From Eledone cirrhosa (lineage: Eukaryota): DNA of 64,000 nucleotides. The notes under the pieces are model-generated. The model had not been told where the DNA came from, made no database searches, and saw only the letters and a list, made by a program, of their open reading frames with translations. A program made the position numbers and the translations under genes. The stretch lies in NCBI GenBank assembly GCA_964016885.1, contig OZ024747.1, positions 49,414,001 to 49,478,000 on the forward strand, in the 5' to 3' direction. Shown here in pieces: positions 37,473-53,020 of the stretch; position 1 is the stretch's first letter, and each line of letters opens with the position of its first letter.

Positions 37473-37565
37473 ATATTATATATATAATATACATATATAA
37501 TATATATTATATATATTTTAAAATATATATTATATATTATATATATATATTTATATATGTATTTA

Positions 37566-37622
<57 letters not shown>

Positions 37623-38122
37623 TATTTATTTATATTTAATATCTTCCTTATATTTATATATATTTATATATATTTATATATATTTATTAATATCTTCCTT
37701 ATATTTATATATATATATATATTTATATTTATTGATATCTTCTTTATATTTATTTATTTATTTATATATTTATAAATATTTATATATATATTTATATATA
37801 TATATATTTATTTATATATTTATTTATATATATATTTATATATATATATATTTATATTTATATATTTATATATATATTTATATATATATTTATATTTATA
37901 TATATTTATATATATTTATATATATATTTATATATATATTTATATATATTTATATTTATATATATTTATATATATTTATTTATATATATATATATTTATT
38001 TATATATATATTTATTTATATATATATATATTTATTTATATATATATATATTTATATATATATATATTTATTTATATATATATATATTTATATATATATA
38101 TATTTATTTATATATATATATA

Positions 38123-38195
<73 letters not shown>

Positions 38196-38200
38196 ATATA

Positions 38201-38266
<66 letters not shown>

Positions 38267-39012
38267 TTATATATATATTTATATATATATATTTATATAT
38301 ATATATTTATATATATATATTTATATTTATATATTTATATATATATATATTTATATATATATATTTATATATTTATATATATATATATTTATATATATAT
38401 ATTTATATATTTATATATATATATATTTATATATATATATATATTTATATATATATTTATATATATATATATTTATATATATTTATATATATATATATTT
38501 ATATATATATATATTTATATATATATATATATATTTATATATTTATATATATTTATATATATATATATTTATATATATATATATTTATATATATATATAT
38601 TTATATATATATATATTTATATATATATATATTTATATATATATATTTATATATATATATATTTATATATTTATATATTTATATATATATATATTTATAT
38701 ATATTTATATTTATATATATTTATATATATATATATTTATATATATATATATTTATATATATATATATTTATATATATATATATTTATATATATATATAT
38801 TTATATATATATATATTTATATATATATATATTTATATTTATATATATATATATTTATATATATATATTATTTATATATATATTTATTTATATATATATT
38901 TATATATATATATTTTTATATTTATATATATATATATTTATATATATATATATATTTATTTATATATATATTTATATATATATATATATATTTAATTATA
39001 TATATATTTATT

Positions 39013-39097
<85 letters not shown>

Positions 39098-39526
39098 TTA
39101 TATATATATATATTTATTTATATATATATATTTATTTATATATATATTTATTTATATATATATTTATTTATATATATATATTTATTTATATATATATTTA
39201 TTTATATATATATTTATTTATATATATATATATATATTTATGTATATATATATTTTTTATGTATATATATATTTATATATATATTTATCTACGGAGGGAA
39301 GACGCAGTAGAGGTAGACCACAAAAAACAGACGAAGGACTGTGACAAGTGGAGAGATGCTGTGCTGAATAGGACCTGTCCAACCCTTGCAAGCAGGAAAA
39401 AGTGGTCGTAAAATGATGATGATGATGATATATATTTATATATGTATATATATATTTACATGTATATTTATATTTATTTATTTATATATATATATGTTTA
39501 TATATATATTTATTTATTTATATATT

Positions 39527-39564
<38 letters not shown>

Positions 39565-39639
39565 TATATATAGGAAAAAGTATGACCCCGACGGCAGAGC
39601 TCAAGACGTTTCGATGGCTAATAGCCATCGAAACGGCTT

Positions 39640-39820
39640 GAGCTCATTCCACTGCAAAGTGGTCGTGGAGGTTCCACGACAAAAGAGCACCCAGCACTCA
39701 CTGTAAATGAGGTTGGTGTTCGGAAGGGCATCCAGCTGTAGAAATCAAGCCAGAGTAAGTTCCTGTCCTACTCTTGCAAGCAGGGAAAAAGCGGACGTAA
39801 AATGAAATGATGATGATGAT
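39640..39820 (+). mobile_element. SINE B / RTE-tail 3' fragment
   Basis: ggaagggcatccagctgtagaaatcaagcc...gcggacgtaaaatgaaatgatgatg. Confidence 0.7.
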
Positions 39821-39864
39821 ATATATATTTATGTATATATATTTATATATATATATATATATAT

Positions 39865-42190
39865 TTAACCCCGATTGAACGTGGAATAACTTGTCTTTTA
39901 GCACTCCTAGTGCCCCTCTGAACCATTACCAAGATGTCTCCATGAAGAACATCCCGATCTCTTCAAGGAAACACTACCTAAAAACACTCATCCGACATAC
40001 AGACGAGTTCATCAAGCGAATTAGATGGAGAGCCTTGTTCCTCGACAACCCTGATGTAGCATCTACCAATGATAAGTTCAGTTTCAAAACGAATAAGGCC
40101 CCTACAACCTACTTCAACTTTTTGAAGAAGACCTCTTCAAGATGATCAAAGATATCAAATTTCATAGAGCTAACACACCATTCCAGGCCTACTTAAATAC
40201 TGAAATGCGCAATATAAAAAATTTCCCCAATCTCCATGTTTCCTCCGATAAAACCAAAAACGTTTGAGGTAGACCTACCAACCTATAATAGGCTGGCAAA
40301 AATGCCATCACGACTACCTACAAAAAGGTGAATGAGATAGCATTGACTGAGAGCAATGCGGCTGGAAAAGAAATTGCCAAGTCCCTTAAACTACATGACC
40401 GAACGGAACCTTTAAGAGTAAAGACTCCGCACTTTACCCTGAAGGACCACAAGGGAAACTTCCTCAACAATCCATTAGTCAGACTTATCAACCCCACACG
40501 TTCGGACATCAGCTCTATCAGCAAAAAGATCCTCGATATAGTACTACCATCACTGCGGGCTGCTTCACCACTCCCACTCTGGAACAGAACATCCGAGGCA
40601 ATCTTTTGGTTCCTAGAATTGTCCGACAAACGCCACACTCTCTTCCTGCAACTCAACATAGAAGACTACTATGCTTCTATCTCAGAGCCCCTACTGAAGG
40701 ACGCACTTGCTTTTGCCAGGAATTTTACCACCATAACCGACGCTGAGCAAGATGTGATCCTCAAGCCCGTAAGACCTTTCTACACCACGAGGGATCTTAC
40801 TGGATCAACAAGAAGTCTCAGAGTCCTTTTGATGTCAGTATGGGAGCAAGTGACTCGGCTGAAATAAGCGACCTCGTGGGCCTGTACATCTTACACTACC
40901 TGAAGAACCTCTTCACTGGGCTTACCGGAGAATTATACCGAGACGACGGCTTCTTCGCCTTGCACAGTACCACTGACGGGTTTCGGAAAAACTTAAGCTC
41001 GTTCTTCCGTAATCTATTATTTAGAGTAACCATAGCATCTAATATGACTCGGGCCAATTTTTTAGATGTCGCTCTCGACCTAGATACTTCCCTCTATTAC
41101 CTGTACCACAAACCTAACGAGTCCCTTAGATATATTAATGTTAATTCTAACCACCTCAAAAACATCACAGATAACTTAGTAAAAAGCGTCTCAATTAGAA
41201 TCTCCATCCTCTCGGCCAATGAAGATATCTGCCGCCTACTACAACGACACCCTCGCCCGCAGCGGATTTTAAAAGATTACTTACCTAGAAACCACCCCAA
41301 GACTACCTAGGAGGAATAGGCATAAGCAGATTAGTTGGTACCCCCCCCCCCCCCCCCCACACCCAATAGAGTGGTCTCTACACCTATAGCTAGGACTTGA
41401 TTTTGCTGAACACACACTTCCCCATACAACATAGGTACTACACTATCTTTAATAAGAATACAATAAGACTCTCCTACTCCACTACACTTAACCTAGCTAG
41501 GAATACAGCCAAGCTCAACACTAAAAAATTAAATAATCCAACTACCTCTGAACCCAATCTCCCGGACGGGAGCCTTGTGCAACTGCCAAAATAAGGAAGC
41601 CTGCCCACTTGAAAACAAGTGCCTGACAAATGGAATCGTATACAAATGTGATGTCATCTCAGGCACTGATGACAACAACAAAAAGACTTTTATCGGCATG
41701 ACTTCCAATAATTTTATGACCCGGTGGTATGCCCATACCCACACTTTCAGAAGACCGGACAAATCAAATCAGACAACACTCACCTCCTATGTCTGGGACC
41801 TCAAAAGAACCCCCCCCCCCTTCACACTTAAATGGAAAATACTCCAGAAAGCACGCTCATACAAGGGAGGACAAGTGCTGCGACCTTTGTATTTCAGAGA
41901 GCTATGAAATATTGTTTGCCAAGGGCCCGCTACTGGACAAACTCTCTGAACACTGCCCGAATTGCATGCACAAAAACTTTGCAACTTTCAAATACCTTAA
42001 GCCAGTGTTGATTCAGATGGCTAAAAAAGATTTTCTTTTTTCCAAAAAAAACCCACTTGACAAAATACCCCCTCCACCTCCTTCCCACCCTACCCCTACC
42101 CCCTCTCGACCCAAAAGACGGCACTATGGTTATGTAAGTACTTCTTACCTATCTGCTTTTTTCACATGTAGAGCGTACTTCTTTTTTTAT
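39865..42190 (+). mobile_element. Penelope-like retroelement (RT plus C-terminal GIY-YIG endonuclease), frameshifted
   Basis: Fragments MKNIPISSRKHYLK..RIRWRA, RLINP, MGASDSAEISDLVG, YRDDG, FLDV, YHKPN, CNCQNKEACPLENKC, GIVYK..FIGMT..R..H, KW and CDLC. Confidence 0.9.
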
Positions 42191-42427
42191 ACATGTATGT
42201 GTGTATATATATGAGTGTATGTATGTGTGGCTGTCTGTATATATTTGTATACGCGTGTTTATAGATATATATATATATATATATGTATATGTGGGAATAT
42301 GTGTATATGTATATGTGGGAATATGTGTATATGTATATGTGGGAATATGTGTATGTGGGAATATGTGTATATATATATGTATGCTTCTATATATATATAT
42401 ATATATCTATATATATATATATATATA

Positions 42428-42830
42428 CTCTTACTCTTTTACCTGTTTCAGCCATCCGGCTGAGGCCATGCTGGGGCACTGCCCTTGTTGCTACACATTT
42501 TATCTCCAGCCTGTATAGGTTGGCCACTGGTGTAAGAGGGAGTTTGTTGCTGCTGCCCTTAGGTTTCCCTCGTGTCTTGCTGTGGGCTCATCCGGGATCC
42601 TGGATAACAAGGTGTCGAGATGTTTCTTAAAGACATCCACCTCCACGTCATGCAAGTCTCTCAGATGCCTTGGCAGCCTGTTGAAGATTGAGGGCCCTTG
42701 AATCCCAGGCTATTGCAATACCTGCTCCTTATTCTAGATGTAGAAGACGGGACCTTTGGCACCACACGGTGACGTCCTGTTCGACGGTTGGTCCAGCTCC
42801 CAATGCCAAAGTTTGGTGCTAGTCCCTCCA
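42428..42830 (-). mobile_element. CR1-like LINE 3' fragment
   Basis: Minus strand gives GPSIFNRLPRHLRDL...FKKHLDTLLSRIPDEP...AAATNSLLHQ plus a short 3' tail. Confidence 0.7.
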
Positions 42831-43810
<980 letters not shown>

Positions 43811-43829
43811 TTTTTTATTTTATAGAAGG

Positions 43830-43880
43830 AGCTTCTACAGGACTAGTACTGTTTCATTCAGATGAAATCTTCAGGAAGCT
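43830..43880 (-). ncRNA. Type I hammerhead ribozyme (inverted copy)
   Basis: Reverse complement of 46006-46056. Confidence 0.78.
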
Positions 43881-44907
43881 GGGTGTCATATTAAGTACAT
43901 ATTACATCTGGCACCTAAAAAGGAACTCCATCCCCTTCAAGACCCAATGGAGACTACTCCAGAGAGCGCGATCATACACGGGAGGCCATAATTGCTGTGA
44001 CCTCTGTATCTCCGAGAGCTATGAGATTCTATTCGCCAAAGGCCCTCTCCTCAACAAGATCTCGGAACACTCCCCTAATTGCATGCACAAGAACTATGCA
44101 AATTACAAAAACTACAGACCCCCCCCCCCATATCACCACCCCACCTCCGCCCCCATCCCATTTCCGTCCCTCCATCTCTCATTATTACCCTCTTTCCTCC
44201 CCTCTATCTCTCATTATTACCTTCTTTCCTCCCCTCCAGGTCTTATACTTTGTGTTGTATGCCTCTGAGTAAAGTTCCGTGGCCGCACACACAAATTCAC
44301 GTATACACCTGCTCATGTTTGCATACGCGCAGTTATGAACTGCTGCACGCACACGTTCATGATTTATTTATCTATTTAACTGTATATTTATTTATTTATT
44401 TATTTGTTTATTTATTTACTTATTTACTGGTTTATTTGTTTATGTGTTTGTTTGTTTGTTAGTTAACTCATTCATTTATTTATTAATTTATGAGTGAATG
44501 ATTAGGTAATGAATAGATAAGGGATAAAAGATAGGTAGCGAATAGTGAATGGTAAATAGTAAGTAATAAATAATAAATAGTAATTAATTACTTGATGATA
44601 ATATTAACTTAATAGTGACATTAATTATTTTATCCTCTATCAGGCCCAGTTTAAAATTTAAAATTGTCCCACTACCTTTATACTATAGACACATGTATGA
44701 GTGCGAACGAGTGCGTGTTTGTGCATATGCGTTTGTGTACTTATTTGTATGTATGTATGTGTATGTATGCGTGTTTGCTTGTAAATGTGTATGTGTGTGT
44801 GTATGTATATATGTATATATATGTATATATGTATGTATGTATATATATGTATGTATGTATATATATGTATGTATGTATATATATGTATATATGTATGTAT
44901 GTATGTG

Positions 44908-44941
<34 letters not shown>

Positions 44942-45112
44942 TATATATGTATATATGTATGTATATATATGTATATATGTATGTATATGTATGTATATGT
45001 ATGTATGTATGTATATGTATGTATGTATGTATGTATATGTATGTATGTATGTATATGTATGTATGTATATGTATGTATGTATGTATGTATGTATATATAT
45101 GTATGTATGTAT

Positions 45113-45144
<32 letters not shown>

Positions 45145-45197
45145 ATATATATATATATATATATGTATGTGTATGTATATATATATATATATATATG

Positions 45198-45300
<103 letters not shown>

Positions 45301-46005
45301 GTATATATATATGTATGTGTATGCGCACGTGTGTATGTGTAGATATATGTGTGTGTATGCGTGTATATTTGTGTGTTTGGGTTTTCCTTGTGTATATATG
45401 TGTATGTGTATGTGTATACGCACACGTGTGTGTGTGTGTATATATATATATCTGTATATATATGTATTTGTGTGTGAATGTGTAGGTGTGCACACACACA
45501 CATATATATATATATAGGTATATATGTGTGTAAGTGTTTAAATATGTGTGTGTATATATATGTGTGTGTAAGTGTTTTTGTATGTGGTTGTGAGTATGTA
45601 AATATATTTTATTCTTTCCATCCTACAAAAACACTCGGTCCACCTGTGCTTGTATGTTAACTTGACCACTCACCCCAGTCTGTGCCATGATTCCGTCTTG
45701 TTAAATGTTTAATTTCTATTACCAACCCACCTAAATTTCCCTACTATATATCTGTTGAATTACTATTCTTGGGGTTTTTATTTATTTATTTTTTTATTTA
45801 TTTTATTTATTTATTCTTTTATCTATTTATTCATTTATTTATTTATTTACTTATTTATTTATTTCAAAAAAGCACTCTGGCTAATTGACCACTCCCCAAA
45901 GAAAAAACGGCCTGTGCCATGAAGTGGTCCTGTGTACCTAAATACCCCCCCCCCCTCCCTTACCACTACCTAAATGTATAAATACCAGAACTTAATATGA
46001 CACCC

Positions 46006-46056
46006 AGCTTCCTGAAGATTTCATCTGAATGAAACAGTACTAGTCCTGTAGAAGCT
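46006..46056 (+). ncRNA. Type I hammerhead ribozyme
   Basis: Helix I agcttc/gaagct; core CUGAAGA; helix II ttca-tc-tgaa; GAAA; helix III cag-tactagtc-ctg; predicted GUA cleavage after 46050. Confidence 0.8.
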
Positions 46057-46583
46057 CCTTCTATAAAATAAAAAAATTTTACTCTGCCATGTATTGAGTA
46101 CCTTACTTACTGTGGTTATCCCCGACTCAACCCGGGACCTACGTATATTTATATATATATATATATCATCATAATAACCATTATGATGAGATCAGTTTGA
46201 CTATCGCCACCGACGAATGCGAGAAAGTTCTCCAACAAAGTTAAGAGAACTTACTAGATCTACCAACTCATAATATAATATAAAATTAAATCAAATTATT
46301 TAACACAAGTGAAGTCATTCTTTTTCTTTTTTTCATATCTATATACATACATACATACATATTATTCTCTTCGTCTTTTTTCCTCCCTATTTTTCTCCTC
46401 TCTCTCTATAACCTTATTTCTCATCTCGTACTTTAGACTCTCTTTCTCCCTCTCTCCCACTCCATTCTATTCGTCGTTATATCTTAACACTCAAAAATGT
46501 TTACTATGCAAATAGTATCCACCCGTTTATGGCTACCTCTTCTGCAGAGAATACTCCCATTTTACGGATATTCATATATATAT

Positions 46584-47423
46584 ATAAAAACAAATAACGA
46601 AACGAAATTAAATTTCGTTTCGTTTGTAACTCACTTTTGTATGACTGACGCTTAAACAATTAAGTTAAAAATGTACATCTACATATGCATACTGAAATAC
46701 TAGTATGCATATGAATACACACACGTATACATATGTAGATGTACCAAGTCTTTCACTGGTTACTTTACTGTGAGTAATCCAGCTATTCTGTATGTAAACA
46801 CACAGACAAACCGGTTTTTAGAGTCATACTGGTTTTCGAGGAAACACCTTTCCTCTATTCTCCAGAAAGCCAGACAAGGAATATTGAACTAGTTTCGTTG
46901 TTGTTACAACTCATCAGCAATATTTACCTATCTACCGGCCTTTCTGGAGAATCGTAAAAGCACATATCGTTATATGCTTTTTCTATGAAAATTAGTAGTG
47001 GGCAGACTAATTTGCATAGAGTGTGAGTACGTACCGGTTCAACGGAGACGATAAAAACAAATAACGAAACGAAATTAAATTTCGTTTCGTTTGTAACTCA
47101 CTTTTGTATGACTGACGCTTAAACAATTAAGTTAAAAATGTACATCTACATATGCATACTGAAATACTAGTATGCATATGAATACACACACGTATACATT
47201 TGTAGATGTACCAAGTCTTTCACTGGTTACTTTACTGTGAGTAATCCAGCTATTCTGTATGTAAACACACAGACAAACCGGTTTACATACAGAATAGCTG
47301 GATTACTCACAGTAAAGTAACCAGTGAAAGACTTGGTACATCTACATATGTATACGTGTGTGTATTCATATGCATACTAGTATTTCAGTATGCATATGTA
47401 GATGTACATTTTTAACTTAATTG
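46584..47423 (-). mobile_element. Non-coding hammerhead-bearing element (retrozyme-like or non-autonomous PLE)
   Basis: 234-bp direct repeats at 46584-46817 and 47051-47284, inverted copy at 47281-47423, hammerhead between the repeats, (TA)n flanks. Confidence 0.7.
46880..46924 (-). ncRNA. Minimal type I hammerhead ribozyme
   Basis: Minus strand: aatattg-CUGAUGA-gttg/taacaa/caac-GAAA-ctag-UU-caatatt; canonical core, palindromic helix III, GUU cleavage triplet. Confidence 0.85.
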
Positions 47424-48054
47424 CATATATATATATATATATCTTTGCTGGGATGTATATTTTAGTGTATCTAGTTTCACAGCTCAGTGTCTTGATTCTG
47501 GATTTCATCTTTCCTATGACCTTCACCTTTCTTAACTGGAGATGGCACTCTCTGCTATGCCATTGCTCCAACTGATGTTGACCTTGGTACAAAGATCACT
47601 AAATCAAGTCTTATATTCCACACACACAAAATGTGGCCTCAAACCTAGCATTATACCTACTTTACAAAATATAATCCCAGTATATGTGTGTGTGTGTGTA
47701 TATATATGTATATATATATATACACACATACATATATATCAGATAGGGTGTGGTAACATACCAGGTGGACCATAACCCCCGGAGAGTACTTGGGGCAGTA
47801 GAGTAGGTAATATGAAAAGATTCAGGACCCTGACAGCTAGATTCATCGAACAGTTTGGATCCAGCTGCTGAAACAGCTGGAGCCCAGCCGTCGGGGTCCT
47901 GAATCTTATATATATATTACTCACACACACTAAGATACACCAACCAGTAAGAGAGCTTCTATGCTGTTCTTAAAATTTGCTCAAAACATCCCACAACAAA
48001 CAATGCATGATCTTAGAACGTTCAATTATTTTTTTCTTGATTTAACACATTATT

Positions 48055-48240
48055 GTGGATTGGCAGTATCGGTAGAGGGTCGGACGCCATGCTTTCGAGC
48101 ATAGTTACGTCCCTTTACGATCTGAGTTCAAATCCCGCCGAGGTTGACTTTGCCTTTCATCCTTACGGGGTCGATAAAATAAAGTACCAGTAATGCACTG
48201 GGTAATTGCTGGCCTTGTGCCTAAAGTAGAAACAATTATT
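48055..48240 (+). mobile_element. SINE family A copy
   Basis: Near-identical to 196-381. Confidence 0.85.
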
Positions 48241-51200
48241 AACATGCAAGTGGCTGAGCATTTTTTAGACACGTGTATCCCTAATTAGTTCTTAGGGAGA
48301 TCCCACTAAGTGCTTTAGAGTAACGTGTCCTGTATTATTTTCTAGTCTATAATTGATGAATACCAGATAGATAATATATATATATATGGGGGGGGGGCGG
48401 GTGAAATATCGATATATTCCGAGTAAACTAAAATAAATTAGGCGAACACAATATATTGTATGCCAACTAATCAAATATCGGTATCTTTTAACTTTATTCT
48501 TTGGTTCAGCAAGGGCGACAACTCTGTCAGTTAAGTTGATGTGATTGGAAATAAAGCCCGCCATCCGTCTTTGTATTACTTTAAATGTATGATGATTGAC
48601 TTTTTATAATTAAATTTGACTGTTAAGCTCTCATTTAATGAATAAAAACGCAGCTGAGACATGTAAAACTGGACAGAGAAATTGTAGTGTAGATAGAAAT
48701 ATAGTTGTGCTGATCAATCTAACTCCATATACATATAAGAATATATATATACATGCACACACACACATATATATATGTGTGTATACACACACACAAATTT
48801 GGGTTCCAAATCAATTGAACTAAAGCAAGTCAGATTAGCTTGTTATATTTTAAAATATATGTTGTAAACTGTCACAGTTGCTTTGATAACAATATCAGCT
48901 CTCTATTATGTCAGTTATATTTTAACCATTGGTACATTTATTACATATCATAGACTCATAAGAATATAAATGGAGCTATGTTGTGAACTATATTGCAACT
49001 GTTTGTGAGTATAATAGACCCCTGTCATGGCATCAATTTATTACATATCATAGATTAATAAATATAATCCATATTGCAACTGTATTGATGGCTGTAACAG
49101 TGCTCTCCGTTATAACTCCATAACAATGTTAATATAGAAACCTAACTGGAGCCATATCACAGCTGTATATCAATAACATTATGTTAATATAGAAACCTAA
49201 CTGGAGCCATATCATAAACCATATCAGTAACAACAAAAACAGTTGCATGATGTCATTGCTATATTGTGACTAAATATATATACGAGACTCCAACATTCAC
49301 AAAAATTAAAAAATTTATTTATATCGCTATGGTGGCAATGAATGAATGTAAAGAAAGACATCAAAGATAAAAGTAATATTTTTTTGTTGTTTTATTTCAT
49401 TGTAAAAGCTGATTTTTTTTTTTTTTTTCCTCTGATAAAATACTTTGAGTGAATCATGTAGAAATAAATTTTATTTTCCTGGTGTAACTATTTCATTTCA
49501 CTTACATTAGCCCTTTCGTTACCACATTTATAAAGACACTGCCTATGATATCCAGAGGATTTTGAAAATAATCAATATAACATTCTTTCTTAAGCCAGTG
49601 TTTGGTGCATACCTTAAAGGTTCTTACATAAAATTAATGAAATCTTTTTAGATAAATGCAAACACTTTAAAACAATTTTGTATTATAAAACCAGGTAAAA
49701 TTTGGGGCGATTTTGATATCAAAAGCGTTAGTCTTTGCAACTGCCATTCATTAGAACTGATAACATAATAAACATCATAAGCTATTGAACCTATACTTTC
49801 AGTTGCAACTATTTTTTTTTTTTTAGTAGCCAATCATGTCTCTGCAGACCACTAATGGAGGTGGGGAAATTAATTAGTTCTTATTTTGTTCTTTTAACAC
49901 ACTATAGCAAAGTTGTCCTAAACAACACTAAATTATTACATCTCTCAGCTACAGTATCTTCCATGTAGCTTTTTTTGGTTATCAAGTCATATATTAATAG
50001 CCTGGCAGTAATATGGGTTGATGCCACCCACCACTCTGTGGTTCAGGTCTACATATTAACCATTTTGTTACTGTATTTCTATAATAAACAAAGCCTGTTT
50101 TTCAAATAATTAAGAATTTGGAGGGATTTAGTAATATAACTTTCGTTATTAAGCTGGTGTTTGGAATTTAACAAAGGTTCTCTAAAATATAATGGATGGT
50201 TTTTAAATATAAACACTTTAAGAGAATTGTATTATATAACCATGAGTGGTTTCAGGTGATTTGTTAAGAGTTAAAGTCACTTTAGATGTGAATTAGGTTT
50301 CTTTCTATTTGTAATTCAAATAAATCAATAAAATTGGGAAAATTTTCGCAGGTAAAAGAAAAATCCAGGAAAACAAAAACCAGTTTATATTTTGTTTAGA
50401 AATGTCTATACTGATCATAATAAAATGGCACACACAAACTGTGGCACAAGCGTGGAGCTGACTAATGGCTGCAGATCTCAGTAGTAGTAGTAGCAAATAT
50501 TCAAACCAGACCTTAGTGGAGAAGGGCTTCATACCAGTGGTAGTCAAAGGTCAATCAGAGATTCAAATAATTTCCTGATCTCATTTAGCATTAGGCGAAA
50601 TATCCATTTAGGACCCAGTTGAAATATAAACAGCAATCTGATTAAAACTCATTGCAAAAAAAAAATTGAAACGAGAAAATATTAGAACTTCAGCTTGAAA
50701 AAAAAAAATTATCTTTAACCTGTTCCTTATATTTCCAACAAAAGACACTGCCTTTGATTTTCAAGTAATTTTGAAAATAATCATGTATTAATATTGTTAT
50801 AGGCAAGCAAATTGGCACATTGGATAGAATGCTTTACAGTATTAATTTTCAACATTCTATCTTTATCCTTTTGAGGTCAAATACCAATTCAGTTCTGGGG
50901 TTGATTCTTCCTCTATATCCTTTTTTTTTCATTTCTTGGAATGGTATTAAAAAGGTTAATTCCAGAAAGGTGGGGGGAACAATTTGAGAGTAAATTTTGT
51001 TAAAAAAAAGTGTGTGAAGTACTTTGGTACTGAAATGGCCCTTATAAATTAATGAAATGTAGAGTTTTTTTAAGACTAATGTGCAAAGTATTAAAAAACA
51101 CGATATAATCCTTTTAGAGTGATCACCACAGCAGCAAGATATTTATCGTTGCATGGATAATAAAGGGAAACCTGTGCTACAGAGTGGGCTATAAAACCTG

Positions 51201-52472
51201 AACAATCCCTAGTAACACCAGTATTACTTAGCACTGCTGGAGGGAGTGATGCTGAAATTGTTGATCTCCAGCTGACTAAAGGAACATTCAAGCTGTGTAT
51301 ATATACACATATTGTACCTATAGCAAATTATACCCTTTCCTCCTCCTAAATAAAAATAACCAATACTTTCTTAATTGAGCAGTCAAAATGTTTTTATGTT
51401 TCACAAATCATGTGAACCTGTAGGAGATATTATATATATATAATGTTAAGTCATTGGAAGGACTGATATATCTTTGACCATTTACTCACTAACTCGCTCA
51501 AGGCTTTAATTAAGCCAGCATCAAGATACCAGCCAAAAAGGCTAGTAGGTTAAATAGTGAGAGAAACTATTTTGTGTGGGTAGAGTTTCATTCTCTGTCC
51601 CTATAATATATATATGTATCCATATGTATGTAAAATGATAAACATTTACAAACTTGACATAAGACAAGGGGGTGGGAGTAACCAAACCATCTGAAATGAC
51701 CTGACTTCTTACTATGAAATTAGCAAATATCCTATGAGCAAGACAGTCACCTGACTCAACTTACCTCTAATGGGACAAACTCGTCTAACCCATGCTAGCA
51801 TGGAAAATGGACGTTAGATATTTCATCATTTAACTGGACAAACTACAATTCTTTATCTCCACTTAATAACCTGTTTTTGTAAATGTATTGTTCATCATGT
51901 ATACACACACACACACCTTTGGGTTTACAAGCACAAGGAAATAGTGCTCAATACCAAAGTAAAGAATATATTACTGAAATTACTGTTCTACTGAGTTTTG
52001 TGGATTGCTGCTAATCAAGGAACTGGAAATAATCCTTACATTAATATATATATATGGCCTGTCTGTGATTATACAATGTTGGGGTTACACTCTTATAAAA
52101 ATGTCATTTTGATTTCAAATTAGCTTTGTTTGTATTGTGATGTGTGACTTATACACATCTTCACAATAATGATGTATATATATACATCTTCACTATTGTG
52201 ATGATGTGTTATACACATCTTCGCTATTTTCATTTTTTTATAGACTATTTATATGTTGAAGTCTGCACAGAGAACTGAACCCTGATGGCTTAATATGATA
52301 GTGATTTCATCATTCATGTTGGTGTATGTGTAGATATGTAGTTTTCAGTGTGTATAGGTGGCAGTACAAATATATTTTCTTTCTCCGAATAGCTTAACAT
52401 CAATTTGCTAAAAGAGAATTTAAAAAACAAAACTGACAGTGCCATCTAGTGTGAAATAATTACACATTGTCA

Positions 52473-52720
52473 TGTGTGGCCTAAAGGTAAGGGACTTACG
52501 ATCAAAATGCCATGGGTTCGATTCCTGGGCTGGGTTGCTTATTCTTTAGCAAAACATTTCGCATTGCTCCAGCATACTCAGCTGAAAATGAGTAACAGCA
52601 ATAGCTAGGGGTTTAAACCTGCAATGGACTGGCGTCCTGTCCAGGGAAGTCTTGTACTCTGTTGTGGAAACCGAGATAAGCACCAGCCTGATGAACCTCT
52701 GACATCAATACAGATGCTGC
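52473..52720 (+). mobile_element. Old tRNA-derived SINE related to family B
   Basis: A-box tggcctaaagg, B-box gggttcgattcc, and core cattgctccag...ctcagctg shared with SINE B. Confidence 0.6.
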
Positions 52721-52783
52721 CATGTATAAAATATTTGCAGTTTTATAAGTAGCAATTCACGAAAATCTAGTAGCAACAGTCAT

Positions 52784-52825
<42 letters not shown>

Positions 52826-52889
52826 ATAATAAATTTGAAGACTAAAATCCAAAGAGGGCTTGATAAGGATAAATAAATATATATATAAG

Positions 52890-53020
52890 GGGAATTGGCA
52901 GTTGTTAAAACATCGGACAGAATTCTTTGATTCCAGTTCTGAGTTCAGATCACACCAAGGTCAACTTCGCTTTTCAAAGTCAACAAATATAGTACCAGTT
53001 AGCTACTGGGGTTGATTCCT
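52890..53020 (+). mobile_element. Degenerate SINE family A
   Basis: gaattggcag...tctgagttcagatc...gtaccagt...ctgggg. Confidence 0.55.
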
